A stretch of 64,000 nt of DNA. It comes from Chlorokybus atmophyticus. Taxonomy: Eukaryota > Plantae > Mesostigma and Chlorokybus algae. This document shows, in pieces, positions 40,075 to 51,160 of this stretch. The DNA is taken from the NCBI GenBank assembly GCA_009103225.1, contig RHPI01003041.1:99106-163105 (forward strand), read 5' to 3'. Position 1 is the stretch's first letter. Each line of letters starts with the position of its first letter. Below the pieces are notes generated by a model that was given only the letters and a program-made list of their open reading frames with translations, had not been told where the DNA came from and ran no database searches. A program made the translations under genes and the position numbers.

Positions 40075-40283
40075 TATCTGCACTCAACAATACGCCCCTG
40101 TTTGCGGGGTCAACGGGCATACTTACGGCAATGCTTGTGAGGTAAGCAACATTGTGCTTCTGCAAGACAACTTCACGCATGCTTGTATATTTTTTGTTCA
40201 CTACATTCTGCTTGCAGGCCGGTTGTGCCAATGTGGCCATCGCATACCAAGGCGAGTGCGGGGCACCGTCAGCTGGCATATGA
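39077..40283 (+). CDS. Secreted two-domain Kazal-type serine protease inhibitor, ~128 aa, 6 exons
   Basis: Signal peptide MGMSKSVKLSACMLLLALLAVGLSAQA. Exons 39077-39172, 39402-39436, 39643-39712, 39788-39837, 40072-40141, 40218-40283. Domains CICSQHYDPVCGVNGRTYGNACEAHCDEVEVAHTGEC and CICTQQYAPVCGVNGHTYGNACEAGCANVAIAYQGEC. The exon-5 acceptor reads GG in this assembly. Confidence 0.9.
40002..40070. repeat. (GT)n microsatellite abutting Kazal exon 5
   Basis: About 34 GT units ending at the expected 3' splice site. Confidence 0.97.
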
Positions 40284-40478
40284 GTATGCTGGCTTGATAT
40301 AAGCAGCATAAAAAGTGCGCTCTCGACACTATGGTGTTGATGCAATTCTGACAATCTTGACGATTGGTGTGCGGATTGTTGTAAAATGTGCGCGTGTATA
40401 GCAAGCAGAGAAATGTTGCACCAAATGTGAAAACTAATGATTACAACCAGTCCCTGTACAAAGACTTGAACTCTACAA

Positions 40479-42556
40479 TCAATCAGCAGTTGAGGCTTTG
40501 GCGACCATTTTGCCCACGTTGTTCTTACAGAAGGTCTCGACCTGTTTCAAACGTATCCACTCAGTGCACTTTCTCTCCCGTTCGACCACACTTGACATTG
40601 GCATGGCATCAACACAGTCACTTACCGCTTTGAGTAAAAAGCCCGACTGCAGCATCGTGCACTTGCCCGCCACCCATCTAGGACCAACAAGCAGTTTCAT
40701 GACCATGACACATGCACATCTACACACACACACACACAAGCCTGCCAGCGTGCGTGCGCACCATACAGAGACACGCATGCGCGCACATGCATACACACTC
40801 ACGCAGGCGTGTGAAGGCAGGGGCAGCACAGTCACTGTGGTGTTGCTTACCTGCGGTGAAACTCGCGCATGGAGCCCGCATAGAATGCGTTGACCACACC
40901 CACAAGGTCCCGCCGCCTGTTGGCCTCCCTGTGCGCATCCCACACAGCATGTTAAACATCTGACACATGACTTGGATTCGCACATGTGCATGTATGCACG
41001 AGCACGGTCGCACATACGCACACGCAGACACATGCGCGCACAAACACACGCACACATGCACGTGCGCGTGTGCGTGCACGTGCGCACACATACGTGCGCA
41101 CGCGCACACACGTACAACAACACACGCCCACGCACGCGCATGCGTACATGTGCAAATGCACACGCGTGCATACATGTGAGTGCATTAATCGGCTTACGCG
41201 TTAAGCCGGTTGTCGCGTAGGCTGTCGAGTGCCCACTTGGTCACGTTGAGAGACACGACGGCGAGGGGGAAGTGCTGCTCAGCGTGGCGGGACAACGCCT
41301 GCAGACGCCGCGCAAACTCCGGCCTGGTGGGTTCATTGATCAACAGAAACAATGACAACAGCAACAACAACAACAACCCAACATGCTCACATTGTGTCTG
41401 CCAAATACAGCAGCTGCAGCAAGCCGAGCATCCCACACGCCCTCAAGTCCGTGCCTGGATCCAACCCTGCACAACATCCCAACATTATCCCAACATCCCA
41501 CAGGCACACACATCACCAACACAGCATATTCCTACCCTCACCTTGGAACCCGATATCTTCCCAATGTGGTCCCGTGCGCGCGACAACAACTCCTTTTGTG
41601 GTGGTTTTTCCCATAAGGCACACGTACACGCCTGCGAGGGTGGCTTCGTGGCCAATATCTTGCATGGCGGATGATGACAGCGGCGTGCGCGCGAGGCATT
41701 CCAACATGATGCGAGACTCGTGCATGAGGGGGAGAAGCTCGGGTGGACCGAAGAGTCTTTTCCACACGCGGGCGGGGAAAGATAGTTGTGTCGTTGTTGG
41801 TGTTGTTGATGTTGTTGGGTTGTTTTTGGGTGGTTTTGAGGTCAAGTATGCCCAGGCTTCGGCGTATGTGTATGTTGGTGTGGGTGTTGATGTTGACGTG
41901 GAGGTGTTGTTGTTGGCTTCGTTGCGGCGTTGGGCGGTGACAGCATCCCACTCTTCGCTCGTGGCTGTTGGGATGATGTTGGGTTGTTGTTCTTGTTGCT
42001 CGTTAGCAGCGTTCGTCTTGTCCTCCTCTTCCTCCACCTCATAGCTAACTTCAGTCACAGTACTGAGTGGGTGGTAAACCGCTGGCAGCATTGGTGTTGT
42101 GGCTGTTGTTGTGGGCGCATGCGATGTGGGTGTGGGTGTGGGTGTGGGTGTGGGTGTGGGTGGCGAGGTTGTTGTTTTGGTGGTGAAGCGGCTGAAATCA
42201 AAGGCATAGTCGAACTCATCGTCCTCTTCATTAACATCCTTGTCCTAGAGAACAACCAACCATGCATAAGTGTGCATGTGCGTGCACACGCGCACGTGCA
42301 CGCACACCTATAAGGGTGTAAGGGTGCTTGTGCGCATGCGAGTGCGTGCTTATGCTAGTGTGTGCATGCATTCACTCACATGGACCCAGCTTTGACCAAG
42401 CACACAAACCTGCAAGCAAGTGCCATTGCCTTCCACCACACGCTCCTCCTCACTCCTGTCAATCTTCGATTTCGGCCCCGTATTTGGCGACATTGTCACG
42501 GGCGCGTGGTTGGACACAATATCAACGGAGGCCATGATACCAACAGAAGTGACCAT
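40479..42556 (-). CDS. ELMO/CED-12 domain protein, ELMOD3-like (putative ARF/ARL GAP), ~410 aa, 7 exons; start uncertain
   Basis: Exons 42556(or 42535)-42410, 42244-41542, 41466-41391, 41323-41198, 40928-40851, 40677-40626, 40541-40479; phase-consistent. Motifs [65 protein letters not shown]. Confidence 0.88.
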
Positions 42557-43148
42557 GTTATATCACACTCCTCTTCAAAAAGTGCCTGCGACAAACTGTT
42601 TGAGAGGCGTGTATGGATGCACGCTATGCAATGCATTATTACAAGCAGTTCGCGCAAGAAACCAGAAAAACGAGGCGAATGATAAGTTAGAATGCGAGTG
42701 CTGTGTTGTGTTGCTTGACAGCATTGACATCAACAGAGCCCTGTGTGCTGACTTGCGCTCATTGATGCACAATGTTCACTTCACTCGCTGCTCGCAACAT
42801 CAGCTCACAACAAAAAGCAGAAGACAAGGAAGCAACACATGGTTACGCAAAGGGCCAGACCTGAAGCAAGCAGTCCCACTACGCTGCCACGTGGCTCTCA
42901 CCCCTGCTGCCGCCGCCGCCACCTGGCCGTTAGTGAGTAGTGACAGAATGTAAGATTTTCAAATCTATATGTGGAAGTGTTCACGGAACAACTGAGTAGG
43001 GAAGCAGAGAATGCAACGAAAGCCTTTTTAACTAACCAAGAACGCTGCCTTCCGTAAAGACTTCCCTTCCGCTCACCGTTAACAAACACCCGACCAGACC
43101 AGGCCATCACCAGGCCAGGCCGGGCGGCGGCGGCGGGCGTCCGCCTCA

Positions 43149-46100
43149 ATGGCTCTGATGTCTCGCGGTCCCTCCGGCCGAGGCGTTGGCTCTACCACTC
43201 TACTCCCCTCCTCCTCCTCCTCCAGGGCTTGCCTTGTGGCGGCTGCGCTGGTGGCCTTCCCGCTGCTGAACCTGCTTCTGTTCGCTTATGGGGCGAGGAT
43301 GGGCGGCGGCGGAGGTGGTGGGATGGGAGAAGGGTTGTCTGTGGCGGCGCTGGCCGGGGGGATGACGACTAAAGTGAAGGGGGCGTGGGGGAGGGCAGGA
43401 AGGGGAGGAGGGGAGGAGCAACAGCATGGGGTGAATGCAGGAGTCAGGATGAGTGCCGTGTGCATGCGTCTCAATTGGGCATTAAAAACAGACCAATCAG
43501 TGATTCCCGCATGCCCACCCACCCTCACACACGAATGTCCACAAAGTGTGTTTTCGCGCTCAGAGGCATAAACCTACACGCGCACGCACACGCATGCGCA
43601 GTGTCTATGTGACCTGTCGTGGAGTCTAACTCTCTCTATGTGCAGGCACGCACGCTAGCGGAAGCGCACGTAGGTAGCAGCAACACCAACGCAAACACCA
43701 CCACAAGCACACAGACAGCTGACACCCGCCCTCACCGAGACAGGATCCCCACCCTCTTGGAGGCTGTTCAGCCTCACCCCCGCTTCGCCGCGTACTCCTC
43801 CCTCTACACCAACTCCCAGTCTTTCCTCCTCGACAAGCACGGCCGCGCCTGCCTCGTGAGCGACGCCTTCGCGGGCGCGATGGATGGTGCTGACTTCGCG
43901 GGGACGTATCTCGGGGCGGTGGCGGAGATGCTGGCGGCCAACGGGATGGAAGTGACCGCGGTGTGGGTGGGGAAGGAGGGGGAGAAAATGAGCGCGGAGA
44001 CGGTGAGGGAGAGGGTGTGGGTGTGAGTGTGGGTGGGTGGGTGGGGGTGGGGGTGGGTGTGTCAGTGCTTGTGCCTGCGCGCGGACACGCATGTGCACAT
44101 GCGTGTGCGTGTGTGTGGTGCAAGTGCGTGCACGCGTGTGTGCATGCATGCGCGCATGCGTCGATGTGTATGTGCATGTGTGTGTGTGTGCGCGCGCGCG
44201 AGCGCGAGCGTGTGCGTGTGTGTGCGTGTGAGCGCGTGAGTGAGTGAACAGGTGATTAACTTTGCATCCCCACCCCGCAGATCGCCTCCTACGAGTCCCG
44301 CGGCGTGTCCCTCCTCTCCCTCCCTCCCTCCCCCTTCCCGTACGACACGGCCGCGACGGACGCGCGCGATGGTGACGACGGGGGCACGGCCGCGTCGCAC
44401 CGCACGTGGGAGTGGCTCAGGGCGCAGCCGCCGTTCGACGTCATACACTTTGGGGAAAGGGGGGTAAGAATGTGCTTGTACGTGTGTGCGTTGGGAAGTT
44501 GTCTGGGTGCGCAAGCGTGCACACATATGCTTGTTCGCGCGCTTGTGTGCATGTGCATGCGCATGCGTACGCACATATATGCGGCACTCTGTGCGCAAGC
44601 GAACGCGTGCATGTGCGTAGCGGTGTAGGGGCCTGCGTGGGTGTGTGTATGTTTGCCTGTGCTTGTCTCATGCAGTCGTTGTGGGACAGGGTTTGGGGTA
44701 CTTCTCTGGTCAAGGGAAGGCTCAAGGGCTTGGGCTGACGCTCACCCCGCTCGTGGTTCACCTCACCGAACCCAGCGACACAAACACCCTCCAGGCAAGG
44801 GACAACGTTACCACTCAAGTACCTCAAACCTAGCACCACATGTTGCACTGTACGCACGCACGCACGCACGCGTCGTCAAACAAGCACACGTACACACCCC
44901 AACACCCTCCTTTTCCAGCTTCCCGTCTCTGTTGGTGACCTGCTCCGTGAGCACTTGGAGAAAGGCGCAGCCGAGGCAGCGGACTTCCGGGTCGCCACAG
45001 GACGCTGGCGTGCCAACATGGCCGCAGAAGAAGACAAAGACGAGGATCATAACAACAACAACATTAACGATCTCATGGTCGGTGGCGTGATAGTGCCTTC
45101 TTGGCTTCAGGGCTTCAAACCCCCCACGCGCATGTCCACCTCGATCGAGGAGGTTGTGTACTTTGCCCGGCTCGAGCTCAAGAAGGGACTCGCGCTCTTC
45201 TGCGATGCAATCGACCGCCTCGCACGCAAGCTTGGCTCTGATGATGATGATGTGGACACGCCGTCTCTCATTGTCACGTTCTTCGGCCACGCACCCAACA
45301 GTGAAAGTGATGATAGTGATGAGGATGATGATAATGGTGGTGGTGGTGATGGTGGTGATGAGTATGTGAAACGTGGAGGTGGGTTTGGGCCTGCTGGTGA
45401 GTTTGTTGCGGACAGGGCTGCCAAGTGGAAGGGGAATATCAGGTGGCAGATTTTGAACGATGCGAAGGATGCGCAGGTGTGGGACACACATTCAACATGC
45501 ATGTGATGCTGGTTGTATTGCATGCGACAGATCTGAGCAAACTGATGTTGATGCTGTCTTGCAGGCGAGGTTGAGCTACATGAGCAAGCCTGGACGGTTG
45601 GCGGTGATGCCGTCTCTGGTTGAGAACACACCTTACACTCCAATAGTAAGTAATGTCACGCACGCGCACACACGCACGTGCACGCACGCGCTGTCATTCA
45701 CATAATATGTTCTTTCCTTGACAGGAGTGTCTTGTGGCGGGTGTGCCGTTTGTAGCAACTGACGTGGGTGGCGTCAAAGACATGCTCAACGACATGCTGC
45801 CCAACATGGAGCAGGAGATCCAGAACGTGCTCGTTCCTCCCGAATCCGCACACCTGGCTGAGAAGCTTCTCCAGGTATGCATTCAGAGGTCTCTGTGTGT
45901 TATAAATCATACACGCGCAAGAGTGCGCACACACTCATATGTTTGCGCACGCTTGCACGCCTGTGAGCATCAAAATGTACGGTTCCACATGGGCACGCGC
46001 ACGCATGCACGCGCGTGTATGTGCGTGCGCGCCCACGCACCCACGCGTGCGCACCCACGCACCCACGCGCACACATGCTCACACCCACACCCACCCATCC

Positions 46101-47715
46101 ACACAGTTCCTCCGCACCCCTCCCTCTCTCCTCCCTCCCCCCTCCCCTTCAACCTTCTCCTCCCTCGAGCGCGCCTGGATCGCCTGGCATCACATCATCC
46201 TCAACGACCCAAAGACCCCGCGCCTCAACCACATGTTGGGTAATGTTGGCGCGAAGCCCCTCGTGTCGGTGTGCATGGCCACGTACAACGGGGAGAAGAC
46301 GCTGAGACAGGCGCTGGACAGCATTGAGGAACAGGATTATGCGCGGTATGAAGTGATCGTCGTGGATGACGGGAGCACGCAGAGAGAGAGCGTGGAGTAC
46401 TTGAAGGAATTGGAGGAGAGGTTTGAGAGCAGAAACTGGTAGGTGTGAGTGATGCAGGAAGGGAGTAGTGTATGTGCGTGCGTGCATGCGTTCGTGCGAG
46501 CGTGCGTGCGTGCGTGCGTGGGTGGGTGGGTGAGTGGATGTGCGTGTGCGTGTGTGCGTGTGTGCGTGTGTATGCACGCGCGCTTTCATGCGGGCACGCA
46601 TGCACGCGCACGCACGCACGCACAATCACACGCGCACGCGCTGCTAAGCATACACACCCACACATGCACACACACTCGCAAACCTTTTGCTTCCTTCTGT
46701 TCATCAGGAAGGTGTTGAGGAAGGAGAACGGTGGTCCCGGTGCTGCGCGCAACCTGGCGGCCAAGCACGCGAAGGGGGAGTACCTCATGTTTATGGACGA
46801 CGACAACATCGCCAAACCACACGAGCTGTCCACATTTGTCGGGTGAGCAACCCACACTATGAACAGTATATCACACCTATAGTACACCACACCAACTTAC
46901 ATGGTAAACATTGTGCAGGGTTGCTGAGAGGACGGGTGCGGATGTGTTAACGTGCTGCAACGATTACTTCTACGGCGACGATCCTCCCAAGAAAGGTGTG
47001 CGTTGTTGTTGTTGTGTTGGCCGGGGCGCGACAACATGGACACAAACATACGTTTTGTGGTCTTAGGTGCGGCGCCTGCGGGGCGATGGGTCCCGTTGGG
47101 CGCGGCCAAAACCGTCGGCATGTTCCAGAACTACTATGGCGATACGAATCATCTGATACGCAGGACCGCCTTCATGCAGGTCAGTAGAAGTCAACACCCA
47201 CAGTCAGCACACAGCCATGCTCGCACGCGCGCGCACACACATACAAACACACGCGCACGCGCGCGCGCGCGTACAGATGCGTGCATGCCTGTGCACGTGC
47301 ACACGCATAAGCACCTACGCAAATACATCCATGTGCGTGTATACCTTCACGACAAAAGGGTGGGATGCGTATTAGACGCTGGCATGCATCCCTCCACCCG
47401 CACATTATCTCAAATCCACGTGTGCTTGTGTGTCCCACCCATCAGGTGGGCGGTTTCCCCTCCGACGCCGGTTACGCCCTCGAGGACCACGAGCTCTTCT
47501 CCCGCGCCGTCCTCTCCTCCCACCGCCTCGCCCTCCTCGCCGTCCCCGACTGCCTGTACCACTACCGGCTCCGCGCCGGGTCGCACTCCAGGAACACGCC
47601 GAGCTACTACAACCGGATGAGGACCATGAGACCGTATTTGGAGAGCGAGTACGTGCCGAGACATTTACATTATCTGGCGAGATTCGCACAGGTAAGGAGG
47701 TGGAGGTGGAGGTGG

Positions 47716-47748
<33 letters not shown>

Positions 47749-49113
47749 GTGTATGCGCGCGTGCGTGCGTGGGATGCGACCGTCTCAATTGAAGCCAACG
47801 TGCGTGTTGGGTTAGGGTGTGAGGGGTGTGGGTGAGGAGGCGCGGGAGGAGGCGAGGGTGCAGCTGGCGGCGGGGGAGAATGCGCGGAGAGGCGTGAAGG
47901 CACTTGCGGGGGCCGTGCAGAAGCTCTGTGCGACGGCGGACTTGGGTGCGTTATGATGTAGTCGTTCTATGCATCAAGCTGTGTTTTGTGACGTGGTTGC
48001 GTGCACATACGGACACGCTTACATACGCACCCACACACACGGGCACCCACATGCATATGCACAGTAGCACGCGCACACACGCTTACATGCGGGCACATTC
48101 GTACGCACAAGCGCAACACATTTTCCACACACACGCACGAGCGCGCAGACATGTACACACATGCACGACTGTTTTCAGGCCAAGAGTCCCGCAACTTGGT
48201 GGAGAACAGCGGTTTTGAGGTGGTCGTTGATGCCAAATCCGATGGCGGCAATGTCGGTGCGGGTATCGAGCACAACAACATGCCACACATTGGTGCAAAG
48301 GGCTGGCGAACCTACGAGCAGGGATACACCGTGGACACGAGTGCGTGATGATGCTACTTGTTGTTGTTGTTGCTGTTGCTGTTGTTGTCGTTGTTAACCC
48401 CTCCAGCCTTGCAGCTCACAGTCGTGCAAACGGCGTTCACTCCATCAAGATGACCAACGTGAACGGCAACGACGTGCATGGGGCAACGCAGCAGGCAAGC
48501 GTGACACAACAACGTGTAGCCAACAACTACACACACATACTCTGACCCGAACTTGCAGGTTATGTTGTACCAAACTTCTCCGGAGCCGGTTGTTGTGTCG
48601 GGTTGGTCACGAGCGCAAGGCGTGTCCGGACATAATAAAGACGCGGGTTACGCTCTTTACGTGGATATCACATACAACGATGGTAAGCGTGTGGGAGTAC
48701 TCAAGGATTATTGGCTAGATGATTGTGGTCATGTGGTAATGTTGCGTCTTCGATCCTAGGGTCAAGGAGGTGGGCGTGGTCGGTGGAGTTCACACCCGGC
48801 ACGCACGGTTGGGAGATGAAAGAGGGTGTGATAGAGGCCGGGGAGCTGCCGATATCTTCGCTGCAGGTGTACGCGATGTTCCGATACCACACAGGAACCG
48901 TCTGGTTCGACGACATCGCTGTTGCGAATCTAAATGAAGGTGAGTGCCCATGGCATACGTGTGCCTGTGCGTGCGTGTGTGCAGCTGCTTTTGGCATACT
49001 GAGGAGCAAGCTGTTGCTTACAATGTGTATGCGCAGGTGTGTGTGACTATGCGCAGTTGCTGCTAGAAGGCTTGAAACAGCCCGTTAGATCGACCAGGAA
49101 ACAGTTGATATAA
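43149..49113 (+). CDS. Type II membrane glycosyltransferase fusion: GT4-like + GT2 + C-terminal carbohydrate-binding-like domain, ~1120-1130 aa, 18 exons
   Basis: Exons 43149-43430, 43646-44002, 44281-44463, 44690-44794(or 44818), 44919-45476, 45565-45645, 45725-45874, 46107-46438, 46708-46842, 46919-46995, 47067-47179, 47446-47691, 47816-47945, 48179-48340, 48415-48494, 48559-48682, 48760-48939, 49037-49113. GT4: YFARLELKKG, PSLVENTPYTPIE (EX7E), ATDVGG. GT2: PLVSVCMATYNG, VVDDGS, GAARN, MDDD, LEDHE. Tail: NLVENSGFE..GTVWFDDI. Confidence 0.88.
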
Positions 49114-50299
49114 TTGTAAATGTTGGTATTATTGTAAGCGTTGTTGTATGGTATACAGCTTCATTCCCCATCGGTGCTCATTGGATGCAATGCCTGTTAG
49201 TGGCTGCTTGAACCGTCCGTCACTTTACTCCACCAAGCGCAGATGCACGCATGCACGCACTCGCACACGTGTGTGCAAGTTTGCACTCATTGGCGCAACA
49301 CATCTCCCGTGCGAGAGTGCTCAAGCGGTTGGCACCAGTACTAGAGTACATGGACTGCTACATCTCTGCGTGTATGTGAGCAATAACAGAACCGGCATGC
49401 AGTGCTGCACCATGTGGTCCTTGTGAGTGATGGTTTGTGCTGCTTCGTTTGCAATGATCTTGCACGCCAGTAGACTGCAATGATGGCAAGCTGTGACCTC
49501 GCGAATATAGTTTCCTACGCAAGCTCAAGCAGCCATGCATGCTTGTTAAAGCTGTTGGGACAGGGGGTGCAATCCTGGATGCTTGAGTGCGTGTGTGTGT
49601 CCTCAGGAATGCGGGTGCATTGCCCCACCAAACCCTGCAAGCATTTGACGACTAGCTTCGTTGGGGTGCATGTGCTCCGTGCTTGGCTTTACCATGCTTC
49701 ATGCTAGCCTATGTGGTGGTATGCTTTTGCCCTAACAGCTTGATTGTCAGCAAGCATGCGCATGGGATTACCAGTATAGTATATGTTGCTGGCAATTGCA
49801 GATTTAGTGCATAATTGCGTGCGGTTACACATATGACTTTTAAGATGTCGACCAGATTTTGTAACTTGTAGCTGCCATGCATCGGTTGGTGCAAGCACAT
49901 ACAAGGTTGCTTGCGCGCAATCCAAGCAAGGCTAGACTATGTGCAAGCCACCTTACTAAGTTCACCTTCATCTATGTACGGTATGTTTATAAGCAATGAC
50001 AAACTTGAAGTAGCTCGTCTCCACTATACAATGGTGCTACAGCCCATTACGCACAAGGCAAGACTGGTACTGAACAATGACAGGGCAATTATGTAGCAAG
50101 GGCATGACCATGCACCCAAACACCCAAACAAGTGCACCTTCTTCACCCACAAGGTACCATATCAGGGGCACATGATTGTGCCCAATGGGGTGTATGTCCA
50201 GCAGGCAAAAGTGGAGGCATTCATTTCCATCCCAACGTCCACTGAGTTCACTTGATTATAAGCCTTCCTCGGGCTCGTCAACTACTATCGGTGCTTCGT

Positions 50300-51160
50300 T
50301 GTAACACTTCTCACTCATCTACCTGCTAGTCGGCTTGGCACACTGATGCACAAGCACCAAGGACTTGCAGTGGAAGTCCACGAGCACCACGGTGCACTAT
50401 CACGCAGAGGAAGTTGCGGCTCAGCACCAAGGGAAGCGAGGGTGACCACCGGCCTTTCCGCGCAGCTCACCTCTAGGCACACACGTGCTCAACCACCATA
50501 CACCACCCCACAAGAGATGAGGGGGAGAGCCCCTTCAACAGCTACTAGCCAGGCACCTCACACAAGAGTAGTAAGACTAGCAGTGCACGCACATAATACC
50601 CATCATGACAAGTGATGCCCATTAATAACTGCAACCAAGCTCTGATACCCTTGCTGCTCTCCACACACACACCGATGGCTCACAAGCCCTTGCCAGTGTG
50701 CGCTGACCTGTCAACACATGCTGACACATTCCCTGCATAGGGATCATCACACTCCACCTCGAGAGTATCCGATTGACAACCCAACTCGGGATTATCAATT
50801 TAACATGGCAGGTCCAACCTGTCACACCAATGGCAATCCGCAAGTCAACTTGCGGTTTGCCATGTAGGCTCACTCTGTTGAAGCTGTCACATCATATGGC
50901 AATTCATAGTTCAATAAAAGAGGCTTATAGATCATAGGCATTGACCAGCTTTGTGCTAGCCCTTATTCATGCCTTGTGTGGTGAGGTCCAAGCCTCCTCG
51001 TGAAAGCGGATGCAACTCAATCTCGACAGGCTGTGAGGCTATTAAACACTACACAGCTCAATAGGCGATAAGTCCAGAATGGATAATTTCACAGTCACAC
51101 TCTTATTATAAAATCGAGTTACAGCGGATGACTTCCGCCAGCCCGCATATGGGCATGACA
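50300..51160 (-). mobile_element. 861-bp TGT..ACA insertion with 5-bp TSD (solo-LTR or TRIM-like) nested in the gypsy RT
   Basis: TTCGT at both 50295-50299 and 51161-51165; removal rejoins YYRCFV with (FV)KDF. Internal tRNA-iMet PBS-like site on the minus strand at 50633-50650. Confidence 0.88.

Noticed and set aside
40479-48400. Many CA/GT-rich ORFs (HTHT, CVCV) overlapping the ELMOD and GT genes
   Set aside because: They are intronic simple repeats of the genes already modelled.
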